Source: Eledone cirrhosa (taxonomy: Eukaryota). Taken from it: a DNA stretch of 64,000 nt. Numbering within the stretch: position 1 is the stretch's first letter; each line of letters starts with the position of its first letter. The DNA lies in the NCBI GenBank assembly GCA_964016885.1, contig OZ024748.1, forward strand, positions 33,790,001 through 33,854,000, read 5' to 3'. A program made the translations under genes and the position numbers. The notes under the pieces are model-generated. The model had not been told where the DNA came from. It searched no databases and was given only the letters and a program-made list of their open reading frames with translations. Shown one piece after another: positions 1-12,159 of the stretch.

Positions 1-17
1 CAAACATTGCTTGTCAT

Positions 18-290
18 CATCATGCATCCACTTTTCCCTGCTTGCAAGGGTGAGATGGGTCCTATTCAGCACAGCATCTCTCCACTTGTCACAGTCCTTC
101 GTCATCTATGTGAGCTTCAGTGATCTGAGGTCTGCTCTCACCACCTCCGCCCATGTTTTTCGTGGTCTTCCTCTACTACGTCTTCCTTCTACTGGGATTT
201 CTTAACACTTCTTTACCTAGCGGTCATACTCCATGTGCATCACATGTCCATACCATCGCAGTTTTCTCTCCCGCACACAACAACTTATCC
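18..290 (-). mobile_element. Short 3' fragment of an RTE-clade LINE with an 8-bp TSD
   Basis: (cat)n tail at the left end; the minus strand carries the RTE ORF end (WYGHVM..GRPRKTW). CTTGTCAT flanks it at 10-17 and 291-298. The empty site (ttgcttgtcatttt) is seen in paralogues near 7477 and 23216. Confidence 0.8.
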
Positions 291-742
291 CTTGTCATTT
301 TAAAATATATTTTTAGCTGGAATTAAATTCTTATTCATATCTATTCCTTGTCTTCTTGAAGTCATTTTTAATCTATGCAAACAATTTCATCAGTCTTTTG
401 CCAACACCAACTTCCCTGCTTTTGTTATCTGCGGGGTGCAACCTCAACATTGCCTTAAGTCCAGAGCCGTAGAGCCCATGCTTTTCCTTTCCTTTTCTGT
501 TTTTGAATACTTGTGTTTTTCTAATTATTATATAGCCATTCATAGAGTTACTCATTATTAAAATTGTGTATATTTCTTTAAAATTAAAACTGATATACTT
601 CCCTGGTGGAGTGTGTATCTCCTGATAATGCTGTGTTTTGTCTGTCAGAAATTTCAGATTATGCCATAGCTTGTATCAGAAATTTGTAGCAAGCAATGGC
701 ACTATTCCATAGCTGTGGAATAATTTGGCTATACTCTGTGTT

Positions 743-2780
743 AGTCGAAGGTAGTATAATAAGTAAGGCAATCAAAGATATGAAGGCGGCTGGGCCTTCG
801 GAAATAGTTGCTGAGATGCTGAAAGCCTCTGGAACGGTGGGACACACCATGGTCACCCGGATAGTAAACCAAGTTATACAGAATGGGGTTGTTTCGAAGG
901 ACTGGCATAGCAGCATCATCATTAACTGTTACAAGGGTAAAGGAGATGCCCTAGATAGGAGTAACTATAGAGGCATAAATTAATCGACCAGGTCATGAAG
1001 GTCACGGAAAAAGTAATAGCACAACTAATCAGAGAGAGAATTGATCTAGATGAAATACAGTTCGGGTTTGTGTCAGGCAAAAGTACCACAGACGCTCTTT
1101 TCATTGTACGACAACTACAGGAGAAGTACCTAGCTAAAAGTAAACCCCTATACTTAGCTTTTGTCGACTTGGAGAAAGCCTTCGACAGAGCCTCCCGTTC
1201 CATCATCTGGTGGGCTATTAGAAAACTAGGTGTTGATGAATGGCTTGTGAGAGCTATACAAGCCATGTATAAAGAAACAGTCAGCAAGGTTAGAATTAAC
1301 AACGAATATAGTGAAGAGTTTAGCGTAAAAGTTGGTGTTCATCAGGGCTCCGTTCTTAGCCCCCTACTATTTATTATTGCCCTTCAGGCTATAACAGTGG
1401 AGTTCAAGACCGGCTGCCCATGGGAACTGCTATACGCAGATGATCTAACGCTCATAACTGAATCAATGGCCGAGCTAGAGAAGAAATTCCAAACATGGAA
1501 GCACGGCCTAGAATCAAAAGGCCTTAAAATTAACCTGGCTAAGACTAAAGTTCTAGTTTGTAGGAAGGAAAATAGGGCGCCGGTCCCATCCGGGAAATGG
1601 CCATGCTCAGTGTGTAGGAAAGGCGTAGGTAGAAACTCCATTTTATGTCCCAAATACAAAGTATGGGTGCATAAAAGATGTAGTGGGATCACAGGTAAGC
1701 TAACTAAGAACATAGATTTTTTTCATGTGGCCGGAGCTCTGGTGCAATAAGTAGCAGCAAGTGCCCACAAAATACTAGCTCTTTCAATTGCACAGAGGGT
1801 TCTATAGAAATAGTGGAAAGCTTCCGTTACCCTGGGTGACAAAATCAGCAGTGGGGGAGGGTGCTCTGAAAGTACAGTAGCTAGAGTCAGAACTGGATGG
1901 AAAAAGTTCAGAGAGCTTATACCACTATTAGCCGCTAAAGGGTTCTCCCTAAAAATGAAAGGCAGGCTGTATGATGCCTGCATACGAACAGCAATGTTGC
2001 ATGGCAGTGAGACCTGGGCATTGTGTGCAGAGGATATACGCAGACTAAAGAGGAACGAAGCTTGCATGCTCCGCTGGATGTGTAATAGTAATATACGTGA
2101 ACGGCAAAGCATTAACGAACTAAGGGAAAAATTAGAAATAAGAGGGATCAGATGTTGTTTACTCAAGAGAAGGCTACGTTGGTATGGTCACGTGATGCGC
2201 ATGAAAGACGACAGCTGTATAAAAAAGTGCAGGGCAATAAAAATAGACAGTAGCCACGGAGTAGGCAGACCCAGAAAAACCTGTGACGACTTGATAAATT
2301 CCGACCTCACACACTTACACCTCTCCAAGACAATGTCACTGGACTGAGATCTTTGGCGGTACTCAGTAATAGAGAAGACCCGCCTGACCTAAATACAAAG
2401 TAAAACCTACTACAGTCAGTAGGCACCTCTAACAAAATACACCCCCGTCCCACTACCCCCACCCCATCCACACCGCCCCTTTCAATGTAAAGTTATGTTG
2501 GTACCACAACATCTAGGCCGAAACAAATGAGGTTGTGTAGGTGTCACGACAAAAAAACACACAGTCCACGCTGTAATGTGACCGTGTAGGTAATACGGTA
2601 AAAACCTCCCAGTTCCACACTGTAAATGTGGTTGGTGTTAGGAAGGGTATCCAGCCGTAGAAAACCCGCCAGACAGTCCTATGCGAGCAAGACAACCACT
2701 CTTGCCTCAAGTGGGAAAACTCCTGTCCAAACCCATGCAAGCATGGAATATGGACGTTAAACGATGATGATGATGATGAT
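743..2780 (+). mobile_element. 5'-truncated RTE LINE with a disrupted RT ORF
   Basis: ORFs 696-983, 995-1750 and 1955-2347 carry NYRGI, QFGF, FVDLEKAFD, GVHQGSVLSP, LLYADD and WYGHVMRM; 3' UTR ends in (gat)n at about 2763-2780; contains stops and frameshifts. Confidence 0.93.
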
Positions 2781-2781
2781 T

Positions 2782-3146
2782 TGTTAATCGCCAGTCCTTA
2801 GAATTGATGGTGTAGGAATACCAAAAGTTGACTTCTTCACAACAGTTCCTTCGCACCTCTTTTGACTTCTACCTATCAGTTGCAGAATTTCGTGGACACA
2901 AGAAGTCACTAATTACATTCCCGGTTGATACTAGCAAGATGTAGCTCTTAACAAGGAACTTTGCCCCTTGCCCTCTCGGCAAGGGGCCCAACAACAACAC
3001 GCTTTGTTTTTGTTCAATTTAATCATTCGGTATGCTAGCAGCTTTCCCATATTTTAGTGCTTGTATTATTGTATCGGAAGAAAATAAACCTTTGTTATTT
3101 CCTCACTGTGTTTTCTGATTTGATCCTTCCATGCGGACTAAAAACA
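2782..3146 (+). mobile_element. Possible solo LTR
   Basis: Begins TGTT and ends AACA, has an internal AATAAA (~3083), and is absent from the paralogous block near 23990. No clean TSD found. Confidence 0.3.
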
Positions 3147-3204
3147 TATATCTTCATTAAGGATACTTTCCACAACCAAGAACAAATACTTAAACCCTTT
3201 CTGC

Positions 3205-3470
3205 TAAAAATTCCCTGATGTAGTATGTTATTAGGGACCTATGACAAGAGGTAATGTTGTATCTTCTCTTCTCTCAGAAATTTTAGGGGGCAATTACCAG
3301 CTGTAGCATGTAATTGAGGGACCTCTCATTTGAGGTAATATCTTGTTTCCTCTTGTCTGAGAAATTAAAGGGTAACATCAACATTCTCTGATGTGGCGTG
3401 TAATTGAGGGTCCGCCTCTCACCTCAGGTAATACCATGTCCTCTCTGATCTCAGAAATTTCACTGGGAAA
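3205..3470 (+). repeat. Three diverged ~90-100-bp units downstream of a ZNF gene (paralogues at ~24045-24295 and ~32330-32600)
   Basis: Recurring caacattc-ctg..gtaattgaggg(a/t)cc..ctcacct(c/g)aggtaa..ctcagaaattt; the same motif as the 75-bp array unit. Confidence 0.7.
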
Positions 3471-4094
3471 CTGTCTTTTTATTGATTTGTTTGTTTTTTG
3501 TAAATTCTTTATTAGTTTTTCATTATTCATTATGTAAACTAGCAGAAAACCACCCTTGGGTGGCTTTCTGATAGTATGTGTAGTGTGCATATTGATATTA
3601 TACGCAATATAAACGTTATATAATGAAGCAAATATATGAATGTTTATATAAGTGATGTGATATTTCATCTGTTATATCATAACTGGAAGTATTGACATTT
3701 GACAATTTTAAAAGAAGAGAATCTTAAAATAAGCAATAATTATATATAAGAATATTTGTTTAATCAACAGCTACAAAATTTATTACATAAATTATGTAAT
3801 AATCATTCATTATTTATTCAAAGTAATCCAACTTATTTTACTTATGGGATAAAAATATATTCAGGACACAGTCCCGCACTCCTCCCTTTATTGTATTATG
3901 ATTGTATTTCTATCAGTGATGATACCCTAAAGTTCCTTCAGAGAAACCCTATTTCTACTTCTATTCTTTTGGTCATTACGCAAAATTCATGTCCATAGTT
4001 CAGGGTTGGCATGAATTCCAAATTTAAGATAGTGAGATTGACTTTTACACCTACTTCCCTTATTTTGATTAACAAATGCTGAATCTAGTGCATT

Positions 4095-4855
4095 ACTGCA
4101 CCAGCCCCTGCAATTCTTACACTTAATTCAGCCTCCTTCCTTCATCAACTTGTGAATACAGCCTCAAGACTCTTGAACTTCTCTGCCTGCTTCAGTAGAT
4201 CTCCACTCACATGTAGAGAGGTAAAATATTTCAGTCATCAATTGACTGATTTTCATTTCTGCCATGCAGTAGTTGGCAGCAAACCTATCAAGTGCATGTT
4301 GGAGATTACCTTCTCACTAGATAGCTACTAAAATGACATCCGGAAATTCTAAACAACTGATCCTACATCCACCAGTCTTGATACCAATTCCAGCCCAGTT
4401 GCACATGTCAATCCTGTCCATGAAGATTATGAACAGGGGAGGTGACAGCATACATCCTTGGCAGAGTCTGACACCCTCATTGAAAGTTTTCGACTTAGCA
4501 ATGTTTGGGGTAACATTACTTGATATAATTCATAGCTTGGAGATGAGAGACTCATTCCAAGGAGAGGTGCTAATACTCTGAAATGAGAGATCACAACTCT
4601 GATACTATGGTGATGTGTTCAGAATGTCTCAGGAAATAATCACTGGGCAGATTTTACAGGCAAAACCAACTGGCAGAAGCTCCAGGGGTAGACGCCGAGC
4701 AAGTTGGATGGATAATATTCATGAGCATGATTTGTTTTGCTTCGAGATCCAGCCAGATCAGATGAAGACAGTTGATTCTGACAGTACTTGCTGGAAGTCA
4801 TGCTTGAGGACTCTGTCACCATGACCATCCTTGGAATAAGTGGACAAAGGAGAAA
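4095..4855. mobile_element. Rex3/Expander-like RTE fragment with an inverted 5' half
   Basis: About 4095-4490 is the reverse complement of sequence like 10000-10320; about 4500-4855 is the sense 3' end (ERSQL..GQILQAKPTGRSSRGR). Duplicated at ~24490-25260. Confidence 0.7.
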
Positions 4856-4978
4856 TATTCATATCAGAATTGAAAATAGTTACATTTGAGGAATTTGTCA
4901 AGTCTGTGACTTCAACCTTACATTATTTTCCCATTTATTAAGAATAAAGAATAAAGAATAAAGAAATCATTATTTTCC

Positions 4979-5100
4979 CATCTAAATCTCTGTTATTAAC
5001 ACCATATGTAATGATATCATCTTGTAAGTAGTTTGAATACATCTAACACCCATCTAAATCTCTGTTATTAACACCATATATAATGATATCATCTTGATAT
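4979..5100 (+). repeat. 72-bp tandem repeat (~2 copies; ~3.5 copies at 25338-25585; 1 copy at ~18292)
   Basis: catctaaatctctgttattaacaccatatgtaatgatatcatcttg occurs at 4979 and 5051. Confidence 0.85.
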
Positions 5101-6119
5101 CATATTTTTTTTAAATGATTAAAATTCTATCACTCTTCGTATATTTTGCAACTGAAATTTAAAAATTTCACAATATCTTGGTTATAGGGCCGCTAACTTT
5201 GGTGGTATCATTGTTTCCCTAAAGTAACAAGAAAAATTAAAACTTAGTCACGAAAGATCATATAACAAAATACTAGTGTGTATGAATATATCAAAGACGA
5301 TTGGTTTGTGTGTATAATATTTAATTAACAATTTGTGGATATATAGAACAGTATAGTTGACATGTCAATGAATAGATGAAAGAATGAAGCAAAGTTATTA
5401 GTTACCGTTTGATTGCCAGGCAAACGTGGCTGGCAGAAGACGCCTGGCGACGGCCAGGTGCCGGAAGGGCAAATGAGAGAGAGAGAACTTAAAGTTGTTA
5501 GTTTTATAGGGTTCTGACCGGAAGTTACAGAAAGGGTTCTACTTCCTGTCTAGAGAGCGTTAATCTATTGGGGTTGTGAGTGTCACAACAAGGGAGGCAA
5601 CTCCTGCTACAATCACAAACTGTTGAAGTATTAGTTGTTTCTTGTTGAACTTGTAATAATGGAGATTTCTGGCATTCTTGGTCCCTATACCACCTCCCTA
5701 CTAACTGTTATCAGGGTGCAGTTAGCCACACACAGGAGTATCTTGTTAAACTATAGTGGTGGAGACAATTGTCAGACTTGGTCCCTACACCACCTCCCTA
5801 CTAACTGTTATCAGGATGGAGTTGGCCACACACAGGAGAGAACACAAGTTTTAAAAGCTATTTCAACACATCTCACTTGCTGTCCCCCAGGGTAACCCCC
5901 TTTCACCATTCTGTCCTCTCCTGGGACCACAAGGTAGCTGGTACCTAATGTTCTCCATGCCAGAAAGAATTCTCCCACATTGCCCAGGTTTGTATCATTG
6001 GGGGTACTGATGGTATAGTTTACTGATTGTTGTTAGACACAGTAAATTATAAGAAATGTTTCAAGAAATATGAAACAATAAATATTATTTGCTGAAACTA
6101 GTTAAATCTCTATTGATTT

Positions 6120-6325
6120 GTAAATTAGGCTCAAGAGCAGCAGATTTAGGAGAGGGGCAAAGTTGATTAAATCAACCCCAATACATGACTGGTAATATAT
6201 TTTATCAACTCTAGAATGTTGAAATAATTATTTGACCTTCGTAGGATTTGAACTGAGAATGTTAAGAACCAGAACAAATACTGCAGTGATATTTTATCTG
6301 ACACTCTACCAATTCTGCCATTTTA
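6120..6325 (-). mobile_element. Decayed tRNA-derived SINE (family also at ~29085-29235 + and ~40695-40900 -)
   Basis: Reverse B-box-like ggatttgaactgagaa; shares the actggta..tttatc..cc body with the other copies. Confidence 0.6.
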
Positions 6326-6519
6326 CCATCTTTGTTTAAATCTATATTAAAGTAAATGTAGAATATGTCCATCTACCATTTGAAATTCTACTGAGATAGG
6401 CCCAGAGCAACACAGTAGTGTTTCATTAGAACACATACACACAAACATTTTCTTAACCAAATTTCAGTCTTACACTGTAATATCAATTCTCAACTTTTAA
6501 ATATACTTCAAGTATTACT

Positions 6520-7178
6520 ATGGAGGACATTAAACAGTTGGACATTTCTAACGCCACTATTTCTACCAATATAGACACAGTTACACAGACATACAGTGGT
6601 GAAATATGTAGGAAATATTTTGCTTCTAACAGTAATTTAACTGTATACAAAAGAACACATACTCGTGAAAAACCTTTAAATGTGAAATATGTGGGAAATC
6701 TTTCAGTGAGAGAAGTAAGCTTGTTGGGCATATACGTAGTCACACCGGAGAAAAACCTTTACACTGCAAAATATGTGGGAAATCTTTTGACAATAACAGT
6801 AATATGATTAAACACAAAAGAAGACATACTGGAGAAAAACCCTATCATTGTGAAATATGTGGAAAATCTTTCTCTGAGAATGTTAGTCTTGTAGTTCACA
6901 AAATAACACACAGCAGAGAGAAACCTTTTAAATGTGAGAAATCTTTTGCCACTAGCAGTCATTTAACTCTCCACAAAAGAAAACATACTGGAGAGAAACC
7001 TTTCCATTATGAAATATGTGGAAAATATTTTGCCACTAACAATAATTTAACTGTACACAAAAGAATACACGCTGGAGAAAAAAACCCTTCAACTGTAAAA
7101 TATATGAGAAATCTTTTACAGAGAACACTGACCTGGTTGACCATGTATGCAGCCACACTGGTAAAAACCCTTTTGTAA
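6520..7178 (+). pseudogene. Frameshifted C2H2 zinc-finger gene (~7 fingers)
   Basis: N-terminus MEDIKQLDIS is paralogous to 31499; repeated [15 protein letters not shown] split over ORFs 6520-6807 and 6804-7178, with lost Cys/His residues. Confidence 0.85.
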
Positions 7179-7568
7179 CTGACACAAACAAATATTTATG
7201 CATGTAACAGAATGTGTGACTGTAAGACAGACCCCTCTCCCCAGCTTGTCTGGGAAGATGGAAGATCCACCTTAGTACTGACTTGGATTATGTAGACCTG
7301 TTCAACCCTTGTTACCAGGGAAAGTGGGCATTAAACAATAAAGATTATAATCACAAACACACACACTTGAGGGAAACCTTTTAAGTATAAAATGTGAAAC
7401 ATCCTTTTACAAATCTAAAGCTATTGTCCACCAACATTGTGAGGGAACCCTTAGCAGTTCTATAAAGTCCAAACATTGCTTGTCATTTTTGTAATGATAT
7501 TTTTAGTTGGAATTATATTTTTATTAATATCTGATTCTTGTCTTCTTGAATTCATTCTTAATCATAAT

Positions 7569-7950
7569 CATCATCATCATTTAACATCTATCTTCCACGC
7601 TAGCATGGGTTAGATGGGAATTGTCCCACTTGAGGCAAGATTGATTGGGTGACCGTGTCTTGCTCGTATAGGACTGTATCTGGCAGGGTTTCTACGGCTG
7701 GATGCCCTTCCTAACAGCAACCATATTTACAGTGTGGACTGGGAGCCTTTTTACTGCGTCTCCTACAGGACAACTTAACAGCATGGACTAGGTGCTTTTT
7801 TGTTGTGACACCTATGCAACCTCTTTAGTTTGGACTGGATGTTCTGTGGTAGCAACATAACTTTACAGAGAAAGGGTGGGGTTGGTGGGAGTGGGACGAT
7901 GGAGTTGGGTTGTATATTTGGTTAAGAGGTGCCTACTACTATGCTGCTGG
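7569..7950 (-). mobile_element. 3' UTR of the RTE family seen at 743-2780
   Basis: (cat)n tail, reverse of gttaggaagggcatccagccgtagaaa, and the reverse of the cccactacccc tract. Confidence 0.8.
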
Positions 7951-7967
7951 TTAAAATATTTGTTAAT

Positions 7968-8260
7968 CATGTAAGAGTGCATAGCTCGGAGATCAGATAG
8001 TCGCTCCAGGTAGAGCCGCTACTTCTCCAAATTGAGAGATCACAGCTCTGATACAATGGACATGTGGTTACAATATCTCTGGAAAGAATTGCTGGACAGA
8101 TTTTAAAGTCAAAACCAACTAGCAGGAGACCCAGAGGTAGACTCCGAGCAAGATGGTTGGATAACATCCATGAAATTGGCTGGTCTCGGTTAGAGATCCA
8201 GCTGGAAGGAGTGTTTGAGGAGTCTGCCCACAGGAATAAGTAGGCAAAGGAGAAGATACA
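7968..8260 (+). mobile_element. Rex3/Expander-like RTE 3' fragment
   Basis: Encodes VEPLLLQIERSQL..GHV..RRPRGRLRARWLD; similar to 10460-10790. Confidence 0.7.
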
Positions 8261-8261
8261 T

Positions 8262-9397
<1,136 letters not shown>

Positions 9398-9524
9398 GCA
9401 TTTAAACCGGCCAGAATTTAATCACCTTTTTCTATTCAAACCAGCCATAACTGGTCACTCACACTGATATTAAGGTATTGTTGTCAAAAAAATATCAAAA
9501 TATCAAGGATTTGATATATAAGAT

Positions 9525-9762
9525 AAAGCCTTTACTGTAAAAATACAATAGTAAATGTAGAGTAATGTAAATGTTATGTGAGGTAAAGCCTTTACTGTGA
9601 AAATACAATAGTATATATAGAGTAATGTAAATGTTATGTGAGGTATTATGTGAGGTAAAGCCTTTACTGTGAAAATACGATAGTGTATATAGAGTAATAT
9701 AAATATTATGTGAGGTAAAGCCTTTACTGTGAAAATACAATAGGATATATAGAGTAATGTAA
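9525..9762 (+). repeat. ~60-bp tandem repeat, 4 copies
   Basis: aaagcctttactgt occurs at 9525, 9585, 9657 and 9717. Confidence 0.9.
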
Positions 9763-9979
9763 ACAAAAAAGAACACACACTGGAGGGAAACGTTTTTTGT
9801 AGGAATTAAATTTTTGTTCATGTCTATTCCTTGTCTTCTTGAAGTCATTTTTAATCTATGTAGGAATTTTCAGCGTTCTTTTTCTTTTGCCAACACCAAC
9901 ATTCCCTGTTGTAGTGTTTAATCGAGGGACCCTCTCTCACCTCAGGAAATCCTGTGAGTGTCTAGTCTCAGAAATTTTA

Positions 9980-10790
9980 GCGGGTTGGAAGTGGTATGAT
10001 GACTGGTGGGTGTAAAAGTAGTTGGCTAGAATTTACAGATACCATGGTGTTATTTAACTCAACAGAAGATGATCCCAGATGTGAACTTGATAGGTTTGCT
10101 ACCAAGCCCTGCATGACAGGACTAAAAACTGGTGCTGTGAAGACTGAGATACTCCTCCTCTCAGGGAAGCCTGCACAGTGCACCCTACATGTGAGTGGAG
10201 TTCCACTGAAGCAGGGGGAGTAGTTCAAGTATCTAGGGTCTGTGTTCATGAGTTGATGAAGGCAAGAGGCAGAATTAAATCCAAAAATTACAGGAGCTAG
10301 TGCAGTAATGTGTCAGCTTCAACATTCAGTATCAGAAGAAGGGAGGTAGGTGTAAAAGTAAAACTTACTGTCTGCCATTTGGTATTTGTACCAACCCTTA
10401 CCCTTGGTAATGAATCTTGGGTAATGACCAAAGTATCTATGGTGTAATGTTACTTGACATAGTACGCAGCTCAGAGATCAGAGTTACACCAGGTAGAGCC
10501 ATGACTTATCTGAATTGAGATATCACAGGTCCACTGTTATGGACAAGTGGTTAGACTGTCTCAGGAAAGAATTAGTGGACAGATTTTAAGGGCAAAACCA
10601 GCCTGCAGGAAACCTAGATCTAGACTCCAAGCCAGATGGTTGGATAACATCCATGAGCTTGGCTGGTCTCATTTGGGGCTCCAGCCAGATCATTTGGAGA
10701 GGGTTCCTTCTAAGAGGACTTGCTGGAAAGTATGATTGAGGACTCTGCCTCTATAACCCTTCCAGGAATAAATACGTGAAGAAGATGAAT
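9980..10790 (+). mobile_element. Rex3/Expander-like RTE 3' fragment
   Basis: Remnants of FKYLG, VPTLTLGNESWVMT and IEISQV..QILRAKP..RWLD. Confidence 0.75.
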
Positions 10791-10904
10791 ATCACCAACA
10801 TTCTCTGCTGAAGAGTTTATGGAAAGCAAGATGGGAAAATTGCTTTGTCTCTTCTGCCATTAAATCGATATAAATTCTCCATTACATATATATGTATATG
10901 TGTA

Positions 10905-11722
10905 TCATCATCATCATCATCATCATCATTTTACCTGCTTTTCCCTGCTTGCAAAGATGGGACGAATCCTTTTCAGCACAGCAACTCTCCATTTGTCACA
11001 GTCCCTTGTCATCTCCTATGTGAGCTTCAGCAATCTGAGGTCAGCTCTCACCACCTCCACCCATAATTTTTATAGTGTTCCTCTACTGTGTCTTCCTTCC
11101 ACTGGGATATCTTGGCACTTCTTCACTCAGCTGTCATCCTCCATGCACATCACATGTCCATACCCATGTAGTCCTCTCTCATGCACACTACAGCTTATCC
11201 CTCTTATACAGTTTCTCTCTCAACTCATCTATGCTTGGTCGTTCACACACATTGACATTGCACATCCAACGGAGCATGCTTGCTTCATTTCTATCCAGCC
11301 ATCGCATATCCTCCACAGTTGCTGCCCATGTCTCACTACCATGAAGCATTGCGCATCTCACACAGGCATCATATAACCGGCCTTTCATTCGGAGAAACCC
11401 TTCTTTGTCAACAGAGGAAGCAGCTCCCTAAACTTCTTCCAATCCATCCTTATTCTAGATACTATGGCCTCGGAACACCCTCCTCCATTGCCAATCTGAT
11501 CACCTAGGTACTGGAAGCTATCAACCACCTCTATAGAATCTACCTGCACTTGAAAAATATGTCCATCACTGCGACTTCTACTGTCAAATTTCCCTGTACA
11601 TCTACTGCATATGTAGTTTTTCCTACCTGTTAGTTTGCCTGCTATCCCACTACATCTCTTGTGTACCCAAGATCTGCATTGTGTACCTTTTATAGAATTA
11701 TGCCAACTCCTTTTCTACATAT
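10905..11722 (-). mobile_element. RTE 3' fragment
   Basis: (cat)n tail at 10905-10928; ORF 11188-11388 GRLYDACVRCAMLHGSETWA. Confidence 0.88.
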
Positions 11723-11727
11723 CCAAC

Positions 11728-11964
11728 TGTTATGTATTCTTGTGGTTTGTGCTGGGATAATAAACAACTCACTGAAGGCGTTAGCATGATTCTACGTGTT
11801 TATTTGCTTGGCATGTTTTTAGCGGAGTGATACATACTGTGCGTATCCGTCTTAGACACAGTTCCTACTGTTTACTAGATGCGCTTTACAAAATAGTACT
11901 AATAGTGGGGATGTATTCATTGTTATGTATATCTACGCATACACATGGGTATGAATGTGTAACA
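11728..11964 (-). repeat. 3' LTR
   Basis: tgttatgtattc...gtgtaaca; 4 substitutions versus 16325-16561 counted by eye. Confidence 0.95.
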
Positions 11965-12159
11965 TCCCTTCTTGAAAAAAAAAAAAGGATCTTTTGGTAA
12001 TGAAAAAAAAAAGTAGAAGTAATCTCCCTTACACTAATGGATTGTCAGCGCAAGGGTGGCAATCCTGCAGCAGAAACCGTGAGATTATTCTGCCCACACA
12101 CGTGGTTTTCTGCTTCTTAATCTAGCAGAAATAGTTGTTTTTTTTTGGTTTTTTTTCTT

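Noticed and set aside
922-1713. Antisense ORFs over RTE, Gypsy and ZNF sequences (e.g. 922-1302, 35367-35999, 31688-32107)
   Set aside because: Shadow frames of the opposite-strand coding sequence with no independent motifs.
5180-5997. Solo LTR
   Set aside because: It looks repetitive (related pieces at ~25660-25820 and, reversed, ~30640-30720), but termini and TSD could not be defined.
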